Positions 51,846 to 64,000 of a DNA stretch of 64,000 nt are shown in pieces (position 1 is the stretch's first letter; each line of letters starts with the position of its first letter). The position numbers and the translations under genes are program-made. The stretch is from Lama glama (taxonomy: Eukaryota), in the NCBI GenBank assembly GCA_028534125.1, contig CM052817.1, positions 95,668,001 to 95,732,000 of the forward strand, in the 5' to 3' direction. Under the pieces are notes generated by a model, which saw only the letters and a program-made list of their open reading frames with translations, ran no database searches and had not been told where the DNA came from.

Positions 51846-54364
51846 TTTTTGTTAATGAATAAGCACTATGTAGGGGCTACAGCTCTCAGGTGATCAAATC
51901 CTTAGAGTATCAAATCCTCACTTATCTAAGTTGATACTATGTGTGTACGTGACATGCATGTACCCTTATTCCCAAAAGGAGTTCAGTTCAGTATATTGAA
52001 AGATGTTTTCCCCCACTGTAGGAGCAGAGTCCCATTTTTTAATTGAAACCAAGCAAAGCAGCATTTGCCTGGTAGACTTCTTTCTCAAAATATTAAACAA
52101 GCTTAGAGCCCAACATTTCTCCTCCGCACCTCACCCTCTCTGTACTTGCAGTCCTTAGAAAACCACCCCTGACAGGTGGCTGAACCAGCTTCTTCATAAA
52201 CGCAAGATCTTCTGTTTCATTTTTGGGCAGTTTTATTTATTCAACAGTCCCTTATCTTAAGAAATCAAAGTTATCTTCCCTCTAACTTCTACCCTATTGG
52301 TCCTATTGTCTGTTTTCAGCTCAGCATTTCAGAAATCTATGAAAATACTTTTTGAGCCAAATTCTAACTATTCGTTTCCATCTCTTTCTCTGCCTGCTTG
52401 GCTCTAAGATCTTTGCAAGCAGGGACCACACTCTGTTCAGCTCCACAGAGCACAAATCCCTGGCACAGAAGCACCCAGTTACTGCTGTTTGAATGAATGA
52501 ATGATGAACGGATGATTCAAGTATCAGTTATCAGACACAAGGTGAGAATTTAGGACGAATGACAATACAGAGAAAGTCTACTCCCTTTTTCACTTGACGT
52601 AACTTCTTATATTTGATGTTGTTACCATGCATGATTTTGACCCACCCTCACTCTTATCTTGGAATTAAGCGCCCCCAATTGCCTTAATAATGAATTCCTC
52701 GCACGATGATTTCAAGAGCCTACAACATTCTGGTTGCCTCCCTTCTGGTCAGGAGTTTATCAATTTCCCCGTTTAACTCGGGGCACCCAATCTGGGATTC
52801 ACTACCGCACGTGAGATCTCATCAGTTCCCAAGGCCAGCGCTACCGCCCTCGTCTTGAATTCAGTGCTTACATTAGTTCAGCCAACTCTGCTGAAATGCA
52901 TCCATTTTTCAAATGATGGTTGAATTTGAAATATTGCTTGTTGATTGATAGTGGTTATCTCTAGGGGCGGGAGCTAAGAGAGGGGACTTTCACATTTTAC
53001 TTTAAACATTCCTAAATTGCTTTAATCATTTATACTAAGCATGCACTCCTTTTATCATTAAAGCCCATTTGGATTTTTAAAAATAAATCAATAAACAGAA
53101 CGAATATCTGTGATTTCCATGGTTCCAGCCGTATGGAGTACACTTAAGTCATATTTAAAATACATGTGTTTTTTTCTTCTCCTTTGTGCATATTTTCTCA
53201 TCTATCAACATGTATTTGATACCCGGCACCTCTATGATCTAGTAGTCTAGCCAACCCAAACCCTACTTTGAGATGATGAAATTCCTCTCTTCCTATAAAT
53301 GTCAGAAAGCAGCTGACTATAATTTGGTTTCCCTCTGTCTTAAGGTCAGATTAAAAACCAGTAAGTGACTATTCGAGGTCTGCTTTCCCCTGGAAGGGAG
53401 AAATCATACAGCGCTTTCAGGAATATTTCCTGAAGCGTAGGGTGTCCCACACTTTGTTTCCTCCCAAATACAGCTGTGTTTCCTGCTCTAGTGAGGACTG
53501 TTGGGTTAACAAGTAGGGCCAAACAAGCACAGGTTAGAAAACAACTCAGCATTCTAGGTCATCACAGGAAGGCAGTGCTCCCCACAGGGAGCACATAATC
53601 CAGACTCCAGAAAGTATCACTGCATGTGACTCTATTTGACTGCCCTCGGCTTAGTCTAAGGTCAAAATAAATCTTTGAGGAAAGAAATATTATCAGTGGC
53701 ATAAGTCTCCATGAATTACAGGGCAAGGTGTATGCTCCATCAGCACCTGAGAGGTTCTCCTGTCGTGGAGGGACTCTGAGACGGGGTGCAGGTGGTGAAG
53801 GCGTGTTCTCCAGGTCCTCGGACCCCATGAAGGCCTCAGAGACCTCGGAGCAGCTCTGAGCCTCGAGAGACCCGCACATGGTCCAGCCCTTGATACCTCT
53901 CGCTCTGGTGATCTCGAGCTAGTTTCTTCCTCTCTGTGGCTCAGTTCCTACTTCTGTCCGACTGGTTAGAGAAAGGCCCCTTGCCTGCCCGCCTCCCAGG
54001 CAGATGATATTAGTGACAATGTTTTGTGGACAACAAGCATTATATAAGTAGAAGGTGTGGCTAATGCACCATTATCTATTTTACAAGATGGCGCTACGTA
54101 AGCACAGAGAGGTTAGGTGACTTACCCAAGGTCACATAGCTAGTGAGAAACCCTGGTGATCATGGTGGGAGAAGGTGACAGCATCTCTTGCTTAGTACAG
54201 GTCGTTCTCTAAACCAATGGTTTCCCATCTTGAGGAGCTGCAGTCAATTACTCAGGTCCATGGGCTATTTTTTTTTAAGGTTTTAAGAGTCTAACAGATT
54301 CTCATCAGTTAGCTGCCCAGACTCAAAATCTACATGTCTTTATTTCTGGCTGAAATAGCATCAG

Positions 54365-54535
54365 CCCAGAGTGGGCATTCTGGTTAGTTCAGGGGTCCTC
54401 ACCCAGGGGGCTTTTTAAGAATGTCCATGCCCAAGTTCCACTCTGGGCCAATTAAATTTATATCTCAGGGGGTGTTTGTGCTTTTAAAATCTCCCAGGTG
54501 GCTAAAATGTGCTGCCAGGGTGGAGAACCACCAGG
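54365..54535. mobile_element. MER5-like hAT element
   Basis: gctttttaagaat...atgccca...ctcccaggtg...ctgccagggtggagaaccac. Confidence 0.6.
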
Positions 54536-54659
54536 CTGGCCGATGGTGATCAGAAACTGACAGGCAGCAATCATTGTCACTGACTGATTACAGCACAGTT
54601 CAAGCAATACTACTGAGACCCTTAGTTGAAAGGAATTCACACCTCGAGTCTATTCATGT

Positions 54660-54875
54660 GGCCGCCATTTACTGTACACATACTATGTGCCAGATATGCA
54701 TCTAAGTATCTACCCGTATGAACTCACTTATTTCCCATAGAGCCTACAATGTTCTCCCAACCTACAGATGAGAAAACAAGTGGCAAACTGCAGTCATGTC
54801 ACTTGTCAAGGTCACAGCTAAAATGTGCAGCAGCCAGGATGGAACTCCGGTGTCTGGTGCCACGATCTTAATCCC
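54660..54875 (-). mobile_element. MIR SINE
   Basis: catttactg...tactatgtgccag...tacagatgagaaaac...acttgtcaaggtcacagcta. Confidence 0.75.
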
Positions 54876-54979
54876 TACCCTACCTAGACTGCTCCCTGAC
54901 ATTGCCATAGAATATGGCTGGCAGTACGTTCGCCTCGGTGACAAATTAGAAGATCCCAGAATGTTGGGGAATGTGGAAC

Positions 54980-55310
54980 AGTTTCTAACCCAAACGCCCG
55001 CAGGGGCCGGGAGATAAGCCGCTTGAGGGAGGCGCGCAGGTGTCCGTGCAGACGGGGACAAGGCAGCCCAGTGGTAGGAACTGTGACAGACTGGCGAGCA
55101 CATGCCAGGGAAGGGGACTGCCGCCACCGACTGCAGCAGATTGCTGCCATGTGGGGAGGTGGCCGGGTGCTGCTGGCTCGTCCAAGTTTTCAAAAGAAGC
55201 TGGAAATCTGGATTTTTATGTGAAACTGCCCATTTGCAAATTCTGTCTCGAGTGTTTAAACAGACTGTATGAGGCAAAACATATCAGTAGGCCACTAGCT
55301 TGGGACCTCT
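54980..55310. mobile_element. MER102-like hAT element
   Basis: ttgctgccatgtggg...ttttcaaaagaagctggaaatctggatttttatgtgaaa...gacctctg. Confidence 0.7.
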
Positions 55311-55919
55311 GATATGATCTATAACACACACACAACACCCCCCCCACACACACACACATCCTTCTTTTCAAATTCATTTAATGTGTTCTCTTGCGTTGGT
55401 TCTCTGCAATTAGAAACAGCAGACCGGCTCCTTTCCGTGCAAAACGTGAACTATTACCTGTTTAACACATGGAAATCCCAACAGAAATTTCCCCCCAGGT
55501 AATTTTAATCAGTGGACTGACTGGTAAATAAATAAATACATAAACTTTTATTAAACACCTATTTTCTCTTTTGAAAATCTCACTGTGAGTCTGTGAATGT
55601 GGATTTACTAACCTCACTTTACACTAAAACTCAGTCATACAATTTAGATATAATTCAGGTCAAATCATACACACACAGGAACTTGTTCCTCTAGTAAACT
55701 CTAAGTAATACTGTTGGCCTATGAAACAAGTACTTGCCAAGCCCTATTACAGAGCCTTATAAAAGAATTTTACCATATCATATTATTACTCTATGAGATC
55801 TATGGAAAAAAATTCAAAATAATAAAAAAAAGCACAGACCTCACCAAAAAGTTCTAAGTCAGAAATGCCTGTAGTCTAATCACAAACTCAGCAAATGGGA
55901 ACTTATTTCACATACTTAA

Positions 55920-56185
55920 TAATAGCTAAGCCTTCCTGAGCCCCTTCTGCAAAGCAGCCACTAATTAGACATGGTCTGGGGTGTGTAATGATATTGATTA
56001 TTACACATTTACTCAATGAATCCCTACAATAAGCCTAAGATATAGGAACTATTATCACTATTGAAAGATGAAGAAACTAGGGGACAGAGAAGTTAAGTAA
56101 CTTGCCCAAGGTCACACAGCTTGTTAGCGGCAGAGCTTGGATCTAAACAGCCTGGCGCCACGGCCTGTACACTTGACCACTTCTC
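55920..56185 (-). mobile_element. MIR SINE
   Basis: agatgaagaaactagggg acagagaagttaagtaacttgcccaaggtcacacagct, the MIR core. Confidence 0.85.
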
Positions 56186-56982
56186 TGTGAACTTAAAAGG
56201 CGTGTGCGGTCTCTGTTTTCACTTAAGTCATACTATATCCAACAGACAGAGGGAAAAGAGGGCAAAAATCACACGGTATTTTCTCCCTCTCGTTACCAGA
56301 CAACAGCAAAAGCTTTTAAAAATACACCACCAGGCATCCTAAGACACTGGCACTATGGAACTTCAGGAAAATCTATCACCTTCCACAGTCCAGTAGCTTG
56401 TTTCAAAGGCGCAGATAAGCAGGGTGTTGCTCATCAGTCATGTAAAAGACCATCTCCCTCGCCCGCTCCAGGCCCCTCTGAAGGCCAGCCTCTTCGGAGC
56501 ACTCGAAACAAGTCACCCCGAGATCCACATCTCTCTCTTCCCTCTTTTCTCCTTCACACCTCACTTCTAATGGGGCCTAACCACTTTTCTGTCCCACGTA
56601 GAAATTACAAGAAAGATGGAGAGAGAGAAGGAGAGACAAGGATTATTTGAGACTGCTTTTGCAGGCCCAAGCCTCAGGGACAGTCCATGCATTTCTTCCT
56701 TGCTGGTAGACCACACTTGGCTGAATTTGGACTTTCGGAAAAACAGAAGCAGAGTACCTAAGCCTTAGTCATTTAAGAACTTCAGCAGTGGAGCTTTGTT
56801 TTTTAATCAGAAGGGAATGGATGGCTGGAAACAATATCCTTTTTAGGCGCACAGAATCTGCTGCATTTGATATAACCCTGGGTCAGTCCGTGAAAAGCAG
56901 AGTTGCTAAAGGCCACAGGCTGATTTCAGACTGTGGGCGTGTATCACTGTACATTTTATAAAATTAGCTACAGTGCAGCCTC

Positions 56983-57031
56983 TGTGTGTGTGTGTATGTG
57001 TGTGTGTGTGTCTGTGTGTATGTAAGTGTGT
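56983..57031. repeat. Imperfect (TG)n microsatellite
   Basis: Directly visible. Confidence 0.9.
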
Positions 57032-60000
57032 ACAGGCAGGGAAGCTGACTTTTATAAAATAAACAGCAATGTGCACCCATGCAGCTGAAGATTAGTATCA
57101 AGCCACAGTCTGATTTTAATTTATGAAACTACCTTGTAGGTACAGCAATTCTATGCCAAGGTGGGTCCTTGGGGAATGATAAGAGTCACCTGAGAGGCCC
57201 CGGCTTCAGCACCTAGTCATACATTATTCTCTAATATCATAAAAATGTAAGTTACAGACAGAGGACAGAAATTCAAAACTTGCTCCTAAACAGAAGGGAG
57301 AAAGTGGCTAGAAACTTCAGCCCATCTAGCCTGTTAGCTAAGTCTAAGGTCTGCGCTTCGCACATTCGTTTCTTATAAAAATATGACAAAAGACATTTCA
57401 GTGACCATGAACCATAAAGTATTTTGTACACGTGGCCCTCGATGGTATGAATTACTGAGCGACACCTAGTAAATATGAAATAGAAAAGAGCCCATCAGAA
57501 AGAGGACACAGCTGCTTCATTTACAATCTGTATTTCTAAAATGTGATTCTAGACTGCCATTACTAGGACAAAATAGTAACGAAATCTGATTAAAAAAAAA
57601 TCAAAAACAAACAAACAAAAAAACCACATGTTCTTCCATCACTAGGCCTGGTCTGGATTTCTTTTGGATAAGAGGAAACTCAAAGCTCACAGTCTTGTAA
57701 AACCTTCTGCTAGAAAGCCTCGAACGCCCCCCAAAGTCCTATTTTGTAGGTCACACTCTCATCCTGTTCTGTGATCAGTCTGATCAAAGTACAGAAAATT
57801 ACGAAGACATCACTCAGAATGGAGAGATCAGCTCCAGCCTGTTGTCTGTGTTCCGTCCTGCTACTCTAACACTCCGACAGATATTTCAAAAGGAAGAGTG
57901 TAGGAGGGACGAGGCAACTTTCAAAAAAAGGAAGGTGAAAGGGTGTATTAACCCCCTCTCAGCAATATCCTGCCCTCAGCTTCCACGGAGAGCATTACTG
58001 ACCAATCAGAAACCAAGGGAACTTTGTACACCATGCCAATTTCAGTTCCCCCATCACTCCCTATGTACCTTGTCACCTTTGAATCCAAAGACATCACCTT
58101 GCACGATGTGACCAGGGTGACTGATCCTGGATAAATTTTTCTCTTTTGAGAAACTAAATCATTCCAACACGATCTGAACCCAAAATACTGGGATTACTAA
58201 ATAAACTGGTTGACTGACCCCACCAGGTACTGCACATTTCGAATTCGGTCTCTCGTGTAAGAACATCTTGACATTCATAGGATTCCTTGTATTTTAAACC
58301 AACTTTTGCCCGCAGGAGAAGCCTGCCTGATTACTCCACCAACACAACAGGAACCCTTGGATGTTTCCACCACCTCTGTCCATCTAATTTTATAAGCCTC
58401 ACAAGATAAAGATTTTCCACACCTCCCTAGGAACTCTTCTAACAGAAGCCATTCAAAGACTCTAATAACTAAAATGCACAGCAAGCTCTATCACTGGCCA
58501 AAAGCTGTCCAATTTATACTTTTCCAACGTGACTTATTAACACTTTGTGGAGGAGACCTGTCAACTTGCACCAGCTGTGTCATTCCCAGAGCGAGATGGT
58601 AACATGAAGACAAATTTAAAGTCAATGTTTTTTGTTCAAAACTATCCTGAAGCATTGAAAGGAGTGCGATTTTGAGTCATCTTCTTTAATAGCAAAGCTC
58701 AGTGTACCCTACTGAATGTGCTTAGGAATACATGGAGGTCTCCTGGGAAAACAGGCATTTTTGCCCAGCATCCACCAAGCCTGCCTTGTGGTACCTCAGA
58801 TTCATCAGCAGTGAAATACTTTACTATTTCAGTTTTGAAAACATTTTTCCATGGTTCCTGTCATAGTCAGGAGGTATTACCTGGTCACTGAAAAAAATCA
58901 ATAAAAGTAAAGGGAAAAGTTCGACCTTCTATCCTTTAACGTTCAATAGACCTATAAAGACTTGTGAAAATATAAAAATAAGGGACCCTGCTGCTTTTCA
59001 GTCATTCTGCTTCCCAATTTTACTAGAAAGCAGGAGAGAATTTTTAAAGTTCTTTTCATGAAGGAGACAATAACTTGTTTCGGGCTCGACCCACAACTGA
59101 GTCAACAGTGAAGATGCTAGAATAACAAAACAACAGTTTTATGAACTTTTTTTTTGGTGCTCCCTCTGGGGAATAAGCATCAGGCAGCTTTCCAATGATA
59201 AACAGAACAGGAGCTAAACTCATCCACGTTTAGGGGTAAGTGGAAGCTAAAGATGAAATCTTCAAAGTGCTTAGGGCACCAACGGTAAAAGGATTTCCAG
59301 ATGCAACAAACACCTCCCTCTCCCGCTCCAGTTTGTGATCCCAAATGCAGTGATGTTCCTAAAAGCCTGGGCCCCAGGCCTGGCAAACAGTCACAGTATC
59401 AGTTTCCCTCTCTTCCTCTTGCTTAGACTGACCAACATTTTTAAACTACGCATTTCAGGGTTCTGCTAAAGATAAGCACCGGTATAGCTCAAAGGACCTC
59501 TAGGACGTTTTCGGAACATGGTATTGGACCTTGTTCACGGAAAGAACTTTTGTAGAAGAAACATCAATGGCAACAGAATCAGATTTAAACCCCCAAATGA
59601 TCATTACTGCTCTAGGCCAAGAAATAAAGGCTTTATTTTGAATAATAGTGTTTAAAACCACTTCTCAAAAACAGTTTAACGCCCTTGGTTGGGGGTCACC
59701 TCCAAAAGCTAGTGCAGCATGCATTTTTGATTGGCAGTCAGTAGGGTCACCATTCAACTCTATAGGGACAGGCCATTTGTTTTTCTGCATATGTATGAGG
59801 CCTATATAACAAAAACAAACACACACAGTTACTTCAGAGGCCCAGGAAGAAACGACTGTGGAGAATTTTAAATCAGAAATCTAACGCTTAGGTTAGTAGC
59901 GTCAGGTTAAAGGCTTGCCCATCCCCAAAGCTAATTCGGTTCCGAACAGTCCCAAGGGTGTCTGGTTGAACAGAAGGAGCTAGGAAACCTTAGCAGGCCG

Positions 60001-61463
60001 AAGCCCAGCCTGGGGAATTGCTGGGACTCCGTGCCAGGGGCTGAGGCTCACCCCAGACTTGGTATCAGATAATACTCAGTGCTAGTCTGGATTTCCAGGA
60101 CTAATCTACTCCAGGGCGGAACTTCCAGGTTCCCTGGTGTCTGCGCTATAGAGTGGGGGAACTGTGGGCTTCGCAGAGCCACACTGCGGCTGGCTAGTAT
60201 CATATTTTATAACACACAGAAAGACTTTATTAGTAGCAATGGTTTATGTGGGGGGCGGACACAGAGGCAAGGGGGGGGCTTAAGACAAAGTGGAAAACAT
60301 TCCAAATTTCTTGATGATTCGGTTTTACAAGTTTTTTTTTTTCTTGTATTCTAATTGGAACTTCTTAAATGTGTGTTTACAGGTTCTCTAAATTTTTTGA
60401 ACATCATATCAAAAGTGGCTCTCAACCACTTGTTATCATCTATTCGGAAGGCCCCTTGGTTTCAAAAACAATCCTCCTCATCTCAGATCCCCTCTGACCC
60501 TTCCCACCCTAAAAGCCACACACATCACTCCTTCCTTTAACTGTGAAATTTCAAGCTGCCCCTATATAACTTCTTAAAAACTCGGGATGACTTCCATTAG
60601 GGCAATCTTAATCCCCAACTCACTATATTTTCACTCATACAAAACGGTTCTCCAGGGGAAAAAGAAAACCCTGGCGCCATGCATAAACAAAGAAATAAAC
60701 AAAGAGCTTAGCATTAAAACTAGAACTGAGGACTACAATTATATTCTACACTAAATATAAATTAACACTAATTTTACCGAAATCCACACCACTGCAAGTT
60801 CCTTAAGACTCACTCAGCACTTAGCAAGACTTGGGTTACTGTGTCAGAACTGCAAAACACACCATTTGTCCAGAAACTGCTCTCAGCTCAAATGCAAACT
60901 GCTTACAAAACATCTGTAAACCATGCTTAAAACAGGCAGCACACATCCACAAAAATCCATTCAAAGCAAAGGTAAGTGGAGAAAAGCTTCGCAAATGGGC
61001 TTGCCTTTTAAAACTGGAGGGACTTTTACGGGGTTTCCAAAAGGTAATTGCTTCTTACTTCAGTAAAAGTGGTTTTATGTGACTGGAGGAGAAGTCGATT
61101 TTTTTTTTTAACCGAGTGGGTAACAGTATTCAATTAGAGAGCCCACTTTCAAAATACAACTTAATCGCCAGGCCCCTGCGCGCTGGAGAGGCCCACCGAA
61201 CACACGAGCTAAAATGGAGCCTGAATTTCCTCTCAGACGGAGAGGGTAGTCGCACGAGGTCAGGGTCAAGGTCACCAGCAGGGCAGGCTGCAGCTGCCCG
61301 ACTCCACTACACACCACGGGAGGGAAGGCGTTCCATCTCCGTCACAACCGAACAGATACAAATCCCTTCTCTCCTCCTACCCTCCCTCTAACCCCGCCAA
61401 CATTTTCCTTCTTCTTTTTTTTTTTTTCAAAGAGAAGAAAGGAAAATGACCAAATAACCTCAC

Positions 61464-61509
61464 CGCCCTGGTTTTCGCACACAAGCTCATCAGCTCCCAA
61501 AGTTGCCAT
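61464..61509 (-). CDS. ZNF827: Candidate alternative first coding exon of ZNF827 (MATLGADELVCENQG + 1 nt)
   Basis: ATG-initiated, stop-free 46 nt ending GCG|gtgagg, in the same phase 1 as exon 1, at the edge of the CpG island. No transcript evidence is available here. Confidence 0.5.
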
Positions 61510-63787
61510 CTAAGGGCAAGTTCGCAGAGAACACTGAAGCCCATTTTGTCCGAGCAGGGCAAGCCTCCCCCGACACCCCCCCAGGATCCCTGCCTCCCCT
61601 CCCTGCCCCCACACGCCCCCGAAAAGAGCTGGGAACTGCGGCGGGCCGGCCATGTGCACGAACACTTCCACCAACTGCTGCGAGTTTTCTGTGAATCGCA
61701 GCGCGGAGCCTCCCAACTCGCCCTCCCCGACTCCGCCGCCTTCTTTTTCCTCGCACAAAATTTCCCTACACACGCAGCCGCCTGCGAATGCTTTTCTGTG
61801 CATATATATTACATATGTGATATTATCCTCAGAACCTCTAGCGGGCAGGCGAAGAAAGGACTGCACAGGGGCATTTTTTTTTAAAGGAAGGGGAAAAAAA
61901 GCACAACCCAAGCCCTGTGCGTCGACTCCTGCGTACCGGGAAGGGGAAAGAAAGAGGAATGTTTGCGGAGCTGGCTGCCTGCAAGTGCCCTTGCTCGCCA
62001 CTTCGGCCGCGGCCCGGGTGACACGGAGGCGCAGGGGCGCCTGGCCCGAGCCACCCGCGCCCCCTGCCCGTCCCCCGGGCCGGCACCGCCGCGGAGATTT
62101 CGCGAGGGGGAGATCGATCGCGCTGCCTGTCTGCAGCGGAAACGCACACGCTCACACACAACCCGAGCCTGAGACACCATAACCTTAACCCTTCCCCCAC
62201 CCTCCGTGAACTTCAGGTGACCGACCACGTCGGCCTGACACCCGGGCGGGCGGGCGCTCCGGCTCCGCTCCCGCCCCCAGCCCGGGTTTTGCAGGATCGG
62301 GCTCCGAGCAGCAGCGCCAAACCGCCGGGAGAGGGGAGCAGTGCGGGGGGAGAGAAGAGAAATTGACCCTCCGTCTCCCCCGACCCCTCCCTCCGGCGCC
62401 TCCGGCGTCCCCTCCTCCCCGTCACCCCGCCCCATGCCTTCTCCCCTGCCCCCTCCTCCCTGCATTCAAGGAGCCGGGCGGCCCCGGGGGATATTTTTAG
62501 TTGCTTCTTTCTCCTTCACTTTTAGCTTTAGCAGCATCTCGGAACACTCAAAGCGGAGAAAGATTGGGGGGTGGGGGGGAGAGCTGGAGAGGGAGTGGGG
62601 GAAAAGTTAAGAGTCTCGCAAAGAAAAGCCGGAGGGAGGGCGTAGAGGGACCGGGGGCGCGGGTGGAGGAGGGGAAGGGGACCGGGCCGTGCCGGCGGGT
62701 GTGTGTCTCCAGTTGGTGTGTGTGGCTGCAGCCGGGGAGGGCTGTGATGCACTTTAGTCCTGGACTCTGCTCAGGCTCGCCGGGGAGGGGGGTTTGAGAG
62801 CCCGTCTCGCCCGGCTCCGTCTGCTCCGACTGACCCCGCATTTTATTGCGGCCAGGAGCCCTGCTCCTCCCTCCCCTCGGCTCTGCAGGGACCTCGCGCG
62901 CCGCGAGCCGCCCTGCCTCCTGCCTCCGCCTCGGCGCAGCTCCCGCACCCCACATCCGCCCGCCGCTGCCCGGCCTCGCCCCCCGCCCGGCCGCCCCGCG
63001 CCCCCCGCGCCCCCTCGCCCCGGCGCCGCGGGAGCAGCCGCCCGGCGGCGCGTGTGTACCCGTGTGTTTGTGTGCGGAGCCCCCACACCCTCCCAGCCTC
63101 TCCCGCCTCGCCCGCCCCCGACTCCCCTCCTCCGCCGCCGCCTCCTCCACCTCCGCCTCCTCCTGCTCCTGCCGCCGCCGCTGCCGCCGCCGGCTCCGGG
63201 GCCGACCAACCCCGGCGCAACCTTTAGCCGGAGACGGACCTCTCCCTGGATCCTGTACCCGGCAGGCGGCCGCGCGCCCTCGCCCCGACACCCCCAAACG
63301 CCATGTCACGGCCCCCAGCCCCCTGCGCGCCCCGACCCCCGCACCCTCAGGCACTGTGATCCGCAAGGAATTTTTTTTTTTAAAGATTCCAACCTCTCCC
63401 ACCTCCCCTCCACCCTCGATTTAAAAAAAAAAAAAAACCGGCATCCACACTACTCCCCTCCTCCCTTCTCTTGCCCCCTCCCCCCAGCAACCCGGAGTGA
63501 GGAGGGGGAGGGAAAAGGAAAAAAGCCCGATCTCAAGGAAAAAAAGAGGGGGGGTGAGAGAAAGAAAGAAAAAGAGAGAGAGAATAGAAAGGGCACGGGG
63601 CTGATCATCACCAACATGGCTGCCTCAGCATAGACCTAAACGAGGAGTAACCCGGGCTGTGTCTTTGTCAGTTTCACCTCTGTAACCCTAAACTAATGCA
63701 GAAAACAACGGAGGAGGCTGCGGAGGGGAAAGAGGAGAGGGAGGGCGAGAAAATGGCACGAGAGGAGGTGGAGAAGGGATGACTTAC

Positions 63788-63830
63788 GTGAGGGAAGGCG
63801 CTTGGGCTGCTCCTGCTTCCTCCTGGGCAT
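63788..63830 (-). CDS. ZNF827: ZNF827 coding exon 1 (43 nt; MPRRKQEQPKRLPS + 1 nt), NuRD-binding RRK motif
   Basis: Minus strand reads ATG CCC AGG AGG AAG CAG GAG CAG CCC AAG CGC CTT CCC TCA C|GTAAGT, a consensus donor. It joins exon 2 in phase 1 to give ...LPSHVSRQEE..., matching the ZNF827 N-terminus as I recall it. Confidence 0.95.
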
Positions 63831-64000
63831 TTTCCCCCTTTTCTCACATTCTCCTCCTTGGTTAATGTGAGATCAAATAAACCCCCGTGGGGGCAGAGAA
63901 GCAGACACTGGCAGGAGCTGGGAGGTAGTTGGGGGGCGAGCGGGCGGGCAGGGGGAAACCCCTTCTCTCCGGTGTGTGCAATGGGTTGAAGCTTGTTTCC

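Larger units (their letters stand above)
61150..64000. promoter_or_regulatory. CpG island / promoter-proximal region of ZNF827 (exon 1 and start of intron 1)
   Basis: Very high GC and CpG density, strongest at 61550-63370. Contains GC boxes (ccgccc) and GCC/CCT triplet runs. Confidence 0.9.

Noticed and set aside
62548..63633. Long overlapping ORFs (284, 279 and 192 aa) in the CpG island
   Set aside because: Low-complexity R/P/G/A translations are expected where GC-rich DNA lacks stop codons, and no domain is recognisable.

Overview
This is mammalian genomic DNA, not prokaryotic. The tRNA-derived SINE family suggests a camelid (camel or alpaca). The window holds the 5' part of the zinc-finger gene ZNF827 on the minus strand: coding exon 1 (63830-63788, MPRRKQEQPKRLPS, the NuRD/RBBP4-binding RRK motif), exon 2 (31659-30607), exon 3 (21152-20980) and exon 4 (15316-14836). 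All splice sites are GT-AG and the phases are consistent; the remaining exons lie beyond position 1. A CpG island covers about 61.1-64 kb, and the introns are filled with ancient repeats (L2, MIR, MLT1, MER/Charlie, L1M) and younger L1 and SINE insertions with target-site duplications. The most interesting leads are unverified isoform-control elements. These are a phase-compatible alternative start exon at 61509-61464 that would remove the NuRD-binding motif, an ATG-TGA start-stop element just upstream of the main ATG, two candidate cassette exons (84 nt in-frame and 111 nt poison), and a triple RFX X-box cluster. I see no evidence of a wholly new biological system. Repeat subfamily names come from recognising consensus sequences by eye, not from a search, and repeat boundaries are approximate.
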